From assembly GCA_041914645.1 (NCBI GenBank), contig JAYSCY010000006.1, positions 241,647-305,646 of the forward strand: DNA of 64,000 bases. The letters are read 5' to 3'. This document shows, in pieces, positions 55,278-62,958 of the stretch. A model generated the notes under the pieces. That model saw nothing but the letters and a program-made list of their open reading frames with translations, made no database searches and was not told where the DNA came from. This stretch comes from Permianibacter sp. (lineage in GTDB: Bacteria > Pseudomonadota > Gammaproteobacteria > Enterobacterales > Permianibacteraceae). Position numbers and translations under genes: made by a program. Position 1 is the first letter of the stretch. Each line of letters starts with the position of its first letter.

Positions 55278-56114
55278 TCATTCCTTTTCGACTTCTTCGG
55301 TTTCGGTGTCGGTTTCTGTTTCGCGCGTTTGCGCCCAGAACAACCGATTGGGCAACAGCTGGCCGGCGCCCAGCGCATGTCCTTCCTTCAACGCATTGAA
55401 GGTGTATTCCTGTGCTTCGCTGACCGCTTCAAACAAGTTCAGCCCCTGTGCCATCAAGCCGGCACACGCCGAGGCAAGCGTGCAACCGGAGCCGTGATAC
55501 ATCGCCGGCAAGCGTTCCCAGTGAAACGTTTCGGTTTCGAACTCGGCGCTGTACAGCGTGTTATGCACGACCACGGTCGGCTCATCGGCGCCGGTGATCA
55601 ACACATTCTCGCAGCCGAGATCGAGCAGCTCTTCGGCGCACTGCTCAAGTGAGTCCGCGTCTGGAAACAGCTGGCGTGCTTCGCGTGCATTTGGCGTGGC
55701 CAAGGTGGCCAATGGCAGCAACTCGCGCTTCAGGCTCCGGATAAAAATCTCGTCGGCAGTAACGGTGCCGCCGCCGGCCGCGAGAATGGGGTCCACCACC
55801 ACCGGAATGTTCGGATGGTTCTTGACGATCTCGGCAATGGTACTGACCACGGCAGGATTGGCGAGCAGGCCAATCTTGATCACGGCGACATTCAGGTCGC
55901 GCAGAATCGCCAGCGCCTGGGCCTTGATCAGATCCGGCTCAACCGGCTCGAATTCGTGGATGTTGCTGGTGTCCTGCACGGTCAACACCGTGATCACCGG
56001 CGCGCAGTGGCAGCCGAGGCTGACCAGGGTTTCGATATCAGCCGAAATGCCAGCGCCGCCGGAGGGGTCGTTACCGGAAAAACAAAGAACGACAGGGGGA
56101 AGGGGGCCGGGCAT
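55278..56114 (-). CDS. thiD: Hydroxymethylpyrimidine/phosphomethylpyrimidine kinase
   Basis: MPGPLPPVVLCFSGNDPSGGAGISADIETL...VVDPILAAGGG...GSGCTLASA. There is an unusual acidic Glu/Thr-repeat C-terminal tail. Confidence 0.9.
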   Translation of the reverse strand: MPGPLPPVVLCFSGNDPSGGAGISADIETLVSLGCHCAPVITVLTVQDTSNIHEFEPVEPDLIKAQALAILRDLNVAVIKIGLLANPAVVSTIAEIVKNHPNIPVVVDPILAAGGGTVTADEIFIRSLKRELLPLATLATPNAREARQLFPDADSLEQCAEELLDLGCENVLITGADEPTVVVHNTLYSAEFETETFHWERLPAMYHGSGCTLASACAGLMAQGLNLFEAVSEAQEYTFNALKEGHALGAGQLLPNRLFWAQTRETETDTETEEVEKE

Positions 56115-56334
56115 GACTTACGTTCCGAAAAAGAATGGACGCCGATGATAGCAGAGCGCCCGACCGGAGCAGCCGGTGCTGTGGGCCGCTTGCTCGGGTT
56201 CCCCGGCCTGCGGCACACCAGTGGCCAAAATCTGACCATGCCGATTGGCACCGCCCGCTCACCCCAAAAGCCGGGCAGGTCCGGCAGCTGCCCACTACAA
56301 TGCCGCCAACCGTCGTTTTGCTGGAGAAATCGCT

Positions 56335-56508
56335 GTGCCCTACCGCAAGTTCATGTGCCTGGTCTGTGGCTGGATTTATGAAGAAGAGAAAGGCTGGCCG
56401 GATGACGGCATCGCGCCCGGCACCCGCTGGGACGATATCCCGATGAACTGGGTCTGCCCGGACTGTGGCGCCCGCAAAGAAGACTTCGAAATGGTCGAGG
56501 TCGATTGA
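56335..56508 (+). CDS. Rubredoxin
   Basis: A GTG start 6 nt after GGAGAA. (M)[56 protein letters not shown] has two CxxCG knuckles. Confidence 0.88.
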   Translation: MPYRKFMCLVCGWIYEEEKGWPDDGIAPGTRWDDIPMNWVCPDCGARKEDFEMVEVD

Positions 56509-56617
56509 TGCGCCCGCCGGCAAACCCGAACCGAGACGACATCCCGATGAACTGGGTCTGTCCGGACTGCGGCGCCCGCAAGGAAGACTTCGAAATGGTC
56601 GAGGTCGATTGATGCGC
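56431..56617 (+). repeat. Tandem duplication (83-nt copies, 104-nt period) of the rubredoxin 3' end plus the kinase start
   Basis: Copy 1 (56431-56513) and copy 2 (56535-56617) differ at 4 positions, all at third codon positions in the rubredoxin frame. Both copies end in GATTGATGCGC. Confidence 0.9.
56508..56612 (+). CDS. 34-aa half-rubredoxin mini-ORF created by the duplication (may be a relic)
   Basis: [34 protein letters not shown]. Its ATG shares the A of the rubredoxin TGA, and its own TGA shares its A with the kinase ATG. Confidence 0.35.
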   Translation: MRPPANPNRDDIPMNWVCPDCGARKEDFEMVEVD

Positions 56618-57718
56618 GACGGCCAGCCGGAACCACCACTGGCGAACTGGCCGGCCTCGCTGCGGCGGGCGCTGTGGACGCTGTGGGGCGTGTTCTGGTT
56701 GCTGATGATTGCCGTCGCCGTCCAGGACAACTGGGATGACGACGCCATCCACTGGTGGCAGCCGCTGGTCTGGGAAGGCAGCTCGGCAATGATTGGCACC
56801 GGCCTGATGCTGCTGCAGCTTTGGTATGGCCGTCGCCAGCAACACCTGCTGAACCAGCCGTGGCGCTGGTTCTGGCAACACCTGAAATGGCTGCCGGTCG
56901 CTTCCACCGTGTTCATTGCGCTGGCTTACAGCCTGCGCCATCTGGTCTATGCCGCACTCGGTGCCGACTACATGCATCCGCCGCTCTGGCAGATCTGGCC
57001 GTATGAAACCATCAAGCTTGGCCTGTTCATGGGGCTCTGGGTTGGCGTGCTGTTTGGCGTGCATTCATTCCTGGCCTGGCGCGATCAGCAAACCCGCCTG
57101 CATGCGCTGCAGCAGGCGCTCACCGACGCCAAACTGCAGCAACTGAAAGCCCAGCTGCAACCGCATTTCCTGTTCAACACGCTGAACACCATTTCGTCGT
57201 TCATGCACAGCGATGTCGACCGGGCCGATCGCCTGCTGATCCGCCTCGCCGATCTGCTGCGCGCCAGCCTGACTCTCGGTGAACACAACACCGTGCCACT
57301 GCGCGATGAATTGCAGCTCGCCACGCTGTACGCCGAGATCATGAGCGAACGCTTTGGTCCGCGTGCGGTTTTGCAATGGCAGATCACCGACGACTGCCTG
57401 GACCTGCTCGTGCCAGCGCTGCTGCTGCAACCGCTGCTGGAAAACGCCTTCAAGCATGCGGTTGAACGCAGCCGCGAGCCGGTAACGATCTCGGTTATGG
57501 CAAAACGCGTCAGTGCAACGGACCGCGAGCCACTGCTGGAACTGTGTATCGAAAACAGCGTCCCGCTGCCAACAGCAAACGCACCGTCAAGCACCGGCAT
57601 CGGCCTGCGCAATTGCCGCGAGCGGCTGCAGACGCTGTATGGCGAGCGCGCCACCATGCAGGTCGAGCAAACCGCCCAGCATCACCGTGTCCGCCTGACA
57701 TTACCGGTGTTTCCATGA
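56612..57718 (+). CDS. LytS/AlgZ(FimS)-type sensor histidine kinase (His_kinase + HATPase_c)
   Basis: About 4 TM helices, then LKAQLQPHFLFNTLNTISSFMHSD...LLLQPLLENAFKHAV...GIGLRNCRERL. The track ORF from 56465 is trimmed to the ATG at 56612. Confidence 0.85.
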   Translation: MRDGQPEPPLANWPASLRRALWTLWGVFWLLMIAVAVQDNWDDDAIHWWQPLVWEGSSAMIGTGLMLLQLWYGRRQQHLLNQPWRWFWQHLKWLPVASTVFIALAYSLRHLVYAALGADYMHPPLWQIWPYETIKLGLFMGLWVGVLFGVHSFLAWRDQQTRLHALQQALTDAKLQQLKAQLQPHFLFNTLNTISSFMHSDVDRADRLLIRLADLLRASLTLGEHNTVPLRDELQLATLYAEIMSERFGPRAVLQWQITDDCLDLLVPALLLQPLLENAFKHAVERSREPVTISVMAKRVSATDREPLLELCIENSVPLPTANAPSSTGIGLRNCRERLQTLYGERATMQVEQTAQHHRVRLTLPVFP

Positions 57719-58464
57719 TCCGCGTGCTGATTGTCGATGACGAAGCGCCCGCCCGCGCCAAGCTGCAACGCTGGCTCGGCGCGCAGCCTGCGTTCACCGT
57801 GATAGGTGAAGCGGACAACGGCTTGCAAGCTGCCGAGCAGATCGCCACCTTGCAACCGGATCTGGTCTTGCTGGATATCCAGATGCCGGGGCTCAGTGGT
57901 CTGGAAGTGGCCGCCCAACTCGACAGCGACCCAGCTCCGCTGATTGTCTTCGTTACCGCGTTTGACGAACACGCGGTCAAGGCCTTCGAACTCAACGCCG
58001 TCGATTACCTGCTCAAACCCTACGACAAGGAGCGTTTGCAGCGGACGCTGAATCGGGTCGAGCAGCGACTGCAAGGCGGAGTCGCGAGCGCCGCCGTGCC
58101 AATCGCCCGCGATCTGCAGCAACAACAAGGCCCGCTGAATCGCTTGTTGGTACCGGTTGGCGAAGGCCTGCAACTGCTCGACGTCGACCGCATCCACTGG
58201 TGCGAAGCCGACGACAACTACCTGCACCTGCACACCGACAGCGCCCGCTACACCCTGCGTCGCACCCTGCAGGATCTGCTCAGCCAACTCGACAGCCGCC
58301 AGTTCGTCCGCGTGCACAAATCCGCCGCCGTCAACCTGCGTGAAATCCTGCGGCTGGAGCCGCTGTTCAAAGGCGACTACGAGATTGTGCTGCGGAGCGG
58401 CATCGCCGTCAGGATGAGCAGAAGGTATAACGAGGAGTTGTTGCGTTTGCTGGGTAAGCAGTAA
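57715..58464 (+). CDS. LytTR/AlgR-family response regulator
   Basis: MIRVLIVDDEAPARAKLQRWL...DLVLLDIQMPGLSGLEVA...DYLLKPY, and a C-terminal LytTR domain (...YLHLHTDSARYTLRRTLQDLLSQL...FVRVHKSAAVNL). It has an ATGA overlap with the kinase gene. Confidence 0.9.
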   Translation: MIRVLIVDDEAPARAKLQRWLGAQPAFTVIGEADNGLQAAEQIATLQPDLVLLDIQMPGLSGLEVAAQLDSDPAPLIVFVTAFDEHAVKAFELNAVDYLLKPYDKERLQRTLNRVEQRLQGGVASAAVPIARDLQQQQGPLNRLLVPVGEGLQLLDVDRIHWCEADDNYLHLHTDSARYTLRRTLQDLLSQLDSRQFVRVHKSAAVNLREILRLEPLFKGDYEIVLRSGIAVRMSRRYNEELLRLLGKQ

Positions 58465-58504
58465 CGCCACAATTTCAGTGTGGGTTATACGTAATGAGAA
58501 ACAG

Positions 58505-58831
58505 ATGGATAAACGATGCTCGAAATGCAATAACGAGGTAAGGACTTGGCGGCTTGGCCTCTCCAGCATTCGTTGCCCAGCATGCCAGACCATGCTTTAT
58601 CGAAATGAACACCCTTCGCAACTTTCGGGACCATCCAAGTTGTGGTTGCAGATCAAGTGCGGTCTTGTCGGCATACCGGCATTGCTTGCTTTGAAGGGGC
58701 TAGGAGCCTCCGAAGCAGTCGTTGCCATAGGGTTCATTATCTCCGTGGTGGCATTGCTAACGTACGAGTTGTTGAAATGGCGACGCAGAATCCCCCAGGA
58801 CTGGCGCTGCTGGAAAGAACGTGAACGCTAA
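58505..58831 (+). CDS. Zn-ribbon (CxxC...CxxC) protein with two TM helices, hypothetical
   Basis: MDKRCSKCNNEVRTWRLGLSSIRCPACQTMLY..., then LWLQIKCGLVGIPALLAL and AVVAIGFIISVVALLTY. It lies on an AT-rich islet. An alternative GTG start is at 58478. Confidence 0.5.
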   Translation: MDKRCSKCNNEVRTWRLGLSSIRCPACQTMLYRNEHPSQLSGPSKLWLQIKCGLVGIPALLALKGLGASEAVVAIGFIISVVALLTYELLKWRRRIPQDWRCWKERER

Positions 58832-58895
58832 CGCAGCTTTTTCTGGTGTGGCCGGCATAGTATCTACGTGGACTACTGATCTTTGAGTCTTTTTG

Positions 58896-59510
58896 ATGAA
58901 ACCAAATGACGTCAAACTTGCCAATGAAGCTCGCTTGCGATTACTCGGCGTTACGATCAACGAGGATTTGCCGACGATAGAGGACCCGTCAGAGCTAGAG
59001 CCTCGATCGGCGCGAGATGTCTCTGCCCGAGCATGCGTGCTCTCGCACCTGGTCGGCGTTGGGTATGGTCGCTCGGGCGCGGAGATGCTGAAGTTTCTGG
59101 CCGAAGCAACGCTAACGGTGGATCTAACGCCACGTGAGGAAATATTTCTTAAACAGGAGAAATTTTCCGATCACGAACGCGCGTGGGCGGCTTGGCAGTT
59201 TGCCGCTGTTCATGGCTGCGCATGGGCACTTGGTCTGGTGGAAATGAATCCCTTGGGCGAGTGTCCGGATACATTAGCTGCGCATTTTCCGCCAAGGCGA
59301 GGGGCAGTTGTTGGAGCAAAGCTTCGTGCATTCGAGCAAATCTACTCCGAGGCGGATCTTTATTATCGGCTGCACTGGGCGGCTCGGCAGGCCCGCTTGG
59401 CCGGCAACGAATTTCCTCTAAGTGAAATAGAGATTCAGCTTCGCCGTCAAAGTCTTGATTGGATTGTAGGTTTACCCTATGAATGGGACGACATGCCCAG
59501 TGATACGTAG
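58896..59510 (+). CDS. Hypothetical protein, DUF4272-like (assignment from memory)
   Basis: 204 aa reading ...ERAWAAWQFAAVHGCAWALGLVE...ADLYYRLHWAARQARL...RRQSLDWIVGLPYEWDDMPSDT. The local sequence is AT-rich. Confidence 0.5.
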   Translation: MKPNDVKLANEARLRLLGVTINEDLPTIEDPSELEPRSARDVSARACVLSHLVGVGYGRSGAEMLKFLAEATLTVDLTPREEIFLKQEKFSDHERAWAAWQFAAVHGCAWALGLVEMNPLGECPDTLAAHFPPRRGAVVGAKLRAFEQIYSEADLYYRLHWAARQARLAGNEFPLSEIEIQLRRQSLDWIVGLPYEWDDMPSDT

Positions 59511-59702
59511 AGAGAACGCGCGTAAGGTATATGAAATGGGGTGCGTCATGACGCACCATTACTTGACCAATCAAACAATCGGCAGGGCATGATCCGCCCT
59601 ACCTCCGCTTACCCCCGTTCTGTCCCGCTCACCCCAAATTGGCTGCCGATACCGGCGTTTGCCCTGAAGCTGCCTCCGTGCCCCTACCGCCTCGGAGGCT
59701 TT

Positions 59703-60878
59703 ATGCACCCCAACCCTGTTGTCCTATCCGGCGAGCGCGCTGATTTTCTCGACTGGCTGCGCGTGATCGCCATTGGTTTTCTGTTGCTGTTCCATACCGG
59801 CATGTTGTTTGTCGGTTGGGGCTGGCATATCGAGAATGCCGAGACCGCCACGGTGCTGCAAATGCCGATGGATATCGCGCACCGGCTGCGGATGCCGTTG
59901 CTGTTTGTGATTGCCGGGGCCAGCATCTGGTTTGCGCTCGGCCGGCGCAGCGTGGGCTATGTCGCGAAGGAACGGACGCTACGCTTGTTGCTACCGCTGG
60001 TCGCCGGCATGTTTCTGATCGTGCCGCCGCAAGTGTTTGTCGAGCGCATTTTCAGAGGCCAGTGGCATGGCGGCTATCTGGATTTCATCGCGGAGAAGGT
60101 GCTGCAGTTCCAGCCGTATCCGGTCGGTGATTTCAGCTGGCATCACCTGTGGTTTATTGCTTATCTCTTTGTCTACAGTCTGATGCTGTTGCCGCTATTT
60201 CAGTATCTGCGCCAGTCACAATGGCTGAATGAGCGCCGCCTCTCGCTCAAGCCTGGCAACTGGCTGTACGCACTGGGCTTGCCGCTGGGTCTCAATGAAG
60301 CGATTCTGAAGCCGCTGTTTCCGGAGTCGCACAACCTGATCAGCGACTGGTACATTTTCAATCACTACGCGCTGCTGTTTTGCTATGGCGTGCTGCTTTG
60401 CTGGCTGCCGGGCGCCTGGGAGTGGTTGATGCAAAAGCGCCGGCAGCTGTTGGTGGTGGGCATCAGTATCATCGTGTTGGTACTGACATTGGAAAGCGTC
60501 GGCATCATGCATGACGACACGGTCGGCGATGCCTTTGCTGCCAACCTGTTCACCTGGACGTGGCTGATGGTGTTCTTCGGTTACGGTAAGCGCTGGCTGT
60601 CGTTCAGCAATCGGACACTGCGTTACCTGAGTGAAGCGAGTTATCCGGTCTACATCCTGCACCAGACCGTGACGGTGGTGATTGGCTATTTCATCATCCA
60701 GCTGCCGTGGGGCTGGGGCGCGAAATACCTGTTGGTATTGGCCGGCACCGCCGCGATCAGCCTTGGCCTGTATGAACTTGTCATCAAGCGTTGGGCGGTG
60801 ACGCGGCTACTGTTCGGCTTGAAAGCCGGAACGGCTCGATCGGCTCCGGCGGCACAAACAGTCGCGGTCAGCGGTTGA
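59703..60878 (+). CDS. Acyltransferase family 3 (OpgC/OafA-like) integral membrane protein
   Basis: MHPNPVVLSGERADFLDWLRVIAIGFLLLFHTG...RMPLLFVIAGAS... About 10 TM helices. GGAGG SD lies before the ATG at 59703. Confidence 0.8.
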   Translation: MHPNPVVLSGERADFLDWLRVIAIGFLLLFHTGMLFVGWGWHIENAETATVLQMPMDIAHRLRMPLLFVIAGASIWFALGRRSVGYVAKERTLRLLLPLVAGMFLIVPPQVFVERIFRGQWHGGYLDFIAEKVLQFQPYPVGDFSWHHLWFIAYLFVYSLMLLPLFQYLRQSQWLNERRLSLKPGNWLYALGLPLGLNEAILKPLFPESHNLISDWYIFNHYALLFCYGVLLCWLPGAWEWLMQKRRQLLVVGISIIVLVLTLESVGIMHDDTVGDAFAANLFTWTWLMVFFGYGKRWLSFSNRTLRYLSEASYPVYILHQTVTVVIGYFIIQLPWGWGAKYLLVLAGTAAISLGLYELVIKRWAVTRLLFGLKAGTARSAPAAQTVAVSG

Positions 60879-60929
60879 ATTTGCGGTAATCGGGCGCATG
60901 ATCGGCAGCTGTTGCCGCCGGAGCCGGTC

Positions 60930-62732
60930 ATGCCCCCTGCTGAATTTTCGAAGAACGACATCCCAAAGGCCGAGCTCGGCCAACTGGCCAAACTGGCTGA
61001 TTTGCTCAAGCCTTACCGCAAGCAGATTGCCATTGCGCTGACGGCGCTGGTGATCGCCGCCAGCAGTTTTCTGGTGCTCGGTCAGGGCCTGAAAGCGGTG
61101 ATCGATCAGGGCCTCATCACCGGCAAACCAGCCGCACTCAATCAAGCGATGGGCTTTTTCCTGCTGGTGGTGCTGGTCCTGGCGCTGGCGACCTATGTCC
61201 GGTTCTATTTCGTCTCGTGGCTTGGCGAGCGGGTGATTGCCGATTTGCGCAAGCAGGTGTTCGAGCATCTGCTGACGTTGTCGCCGAGCTTCTACGAAAA
61301 CACCCGCACCGGCGAAGCACTGTCGCGACTGACCAACGACACCACGATGCTGGAAACGGTGATCGGCTCCAGCTTGTCGATGGCGCTGCGCAATGCGCTG
61401 ATGCTGATTGGCGGTCTGGTGATGCTGTTTTTCACCAGTGTGAAACTAACAGTATTCGTGCTGCTGGCCGTGCCGTTGGTGGTCGTGCCAATCATCGTAT
61501 TCGGCCGCAAGGTGCGAAATCTCGCCCGCGATGCCCAGGCTCGTCTGGGTGATGCCAGCGCGTTTCTTGATGAAGCGATACACGAAGTGCGTACGGTGCA
61601 GGCCTCGGTCGCCGAGCCGGTGATGCGCACGCGTTTTAGCGGCCATCTCGATGCCGTGTTCAGCACGGCCAAAGCGCGCATCCGCGCCCGCGCCGCGCTG
61701 GTGGCGATTGTCATCGTGCTGGCCTTCGGCGCCATTGGTTTCATTCTGTGGACCGGGGGTCATGATGTGATCAGCGGCCGCATCAGTCCCGGCCAGTTGT
61801 CGGCGTTCGTGTTTTACGCGGTGATTGTCGCCAGTGCGGTCGGCACCATCAGCGAAGTGTTTGGCGATCTGCAGCGCGCCGCTGGCGCCACCGAACGGCT
61901 GATGGAATTGCTGAACACGCCGACGGCGGTGCCCGTGCCGGCCAGTCCGGCGCCGCTGCCGTCACCGGCGCGCGGCGAGCTGCAATTCGATGCCGTGCGC
62001 TTTCATTACGCCAGCCGGCCAGACACGCCGGCACTCAATGAATTTTCCCTGACCGTTCGACCCGGTGAGCGCATCGCACTGGTTGGCCCGAGCGGTGCCG
62101 GCAAAACCACCGCATTCCAGTTGCTGCTGCGCTTTTATGATCCGGAAACCGGTGCGGTGCGACTCGACGGAAATGATTTGTGCACGCTCGATCCGCAAGC
62201 CTTGCGCAAACAGATTGCGCTGGTGCCACAGGAGCCGGTGATTTTTGCCGACACGGTGCGCGAGAACGTGCGATTCGCCCGGCCCGACGCCAGTGATGCC
62301 GAGGTCCGTGCGGCCCTCGATGCTGCCTATGCGCTTGATTTTGTCGAACAGATGCCGGGCGGGCTCGATGCCCAGCTCGGCGAGCGCGGCGTGCGGCTTT
62401 CTGGCGGGCAGCGCCAGCGGCTGGCAATTGCCCGCGCCTTGCTGGCCGACCGGCCGGTGCTGCTGCTCGATGAAGCGACCAGTGCGCTCGATGCCGAAAG
62501 CGAACGGAAAGTACAGCTGGCGCTCGACCGTCTGATGCAGAACCGCACCACGCTCATCATCGCGCACCGGCTGGCGACCGTGCGCCACGCCGACCGCATT
62601 GCGGTAATGGAAAATGGCCGGGTGGTGGCGCTTGGCAAGCACGACGAGCTGGTGCGTGACAACCCACTCTACGCCAATCTCGCCCGGCTGCAGTTTCTGC
62701 ACGAGCCAGCTGCTGCCGAGGCTGTGGTGTAG
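60930..62732 (+). CDS. ABC exporter, fused permease/ATPase (MsbA/ATM1-like)
   Basis: A six-TM domain, Walker A GPSGAGKTT, signature LSGGQRQRLAIARALL, and Walker B LLLDEATSALD. Confidence 0.9.
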   Translation: MPPAEFSKNDIPKAELGQLAKLADLLKPYRKQIAIALTALVIAASSFLVLGQGLKAVIDQGLITGKPAALNQAMGFFLLVVLVLALATYVRFYFVSWLGERVIADLRKQVFEHLLTLSPSFYENTRTGEALSRLTNDTTMLETVIGSSLSMALRNALMLIGGLVMLFFTSVKLTVFVLLAVPLVVVPIIVFGRKVRNLARDAQARLGDASAFLDEAIHEVRTVQASVAEPVMRTRFSGHLDAVFSTAKARIRARAALVAIVIVLAFGAIGFILWTGGHDVISGRISPGQLSAFVFYAVIVASAVGTISEVFGDLQRAAGATERLMELLNTPTAVPVPASPAPLPSPARGELQFDAVRFHYASRPDTPALNEFSLTVRPGERIALVGPSGAGKTTAFQLLLRFYDPETGAVRLDGNDLCTLDPQALRKQIALVPQEPVIFADTVRENVRFARPDASDAEVRAALDAAYALDFVEQMPGGLDAQLGERGVRLSGGQRQRLAIARALLADRPVLLLDEATSALDAESERKVQLALDRLMQNRTTLIIAHRLATVRHADRIAVMENGRVVALGKHDELVRDNPLYANLARLQFLHEPAAAEAVV

Positions 62733-62778
62733 AAACAATGTCGGGAATGATGATTCCGTTCAGGTAAGGCTTTCATGC

Positions 62779-62899
62779 TCCCCTCCTTGGCAAGGAGGGG
62801 CTGGGGGTGGTTAGGCTCCGGCTGAAATGGTCTAGCCGACAAGGAATAGCCTGATTTCCATGTCCGCAACCACCCCTAACCCCTCATTAAAAGGAGGGG
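62779..62899. repeat. Pair of inverted family-2 REP-like units
   Basis: CCCCTCCTTGGCAAGGAGGGGCTGGGGGTGGTT (62779-62812) and AACCACCCCTAACCCCTCATTAAAAGGAGGGG (62868-62899). They are related to the element at 31092-31185. Confidence 0.8.
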
Positions 62900-62958
62900 A
62901 ATTTGATATGGCAGCCGTAGAAATCTGTCGAGCCGTGCTGTGCTGGTCAGGATTGGTT

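Noticed and set aside
56465-56611. The N-terminal extension of the sensor-kinase ORF given in the track (start at 56465).
   Set aside because: The extension reads through the rubredoxin 3' end and its duplicate in another frame, giving basic low-complexity sequence. The ATG at 56612 overlaps the preceding stop (TGATG) and precedes the first TM helix.
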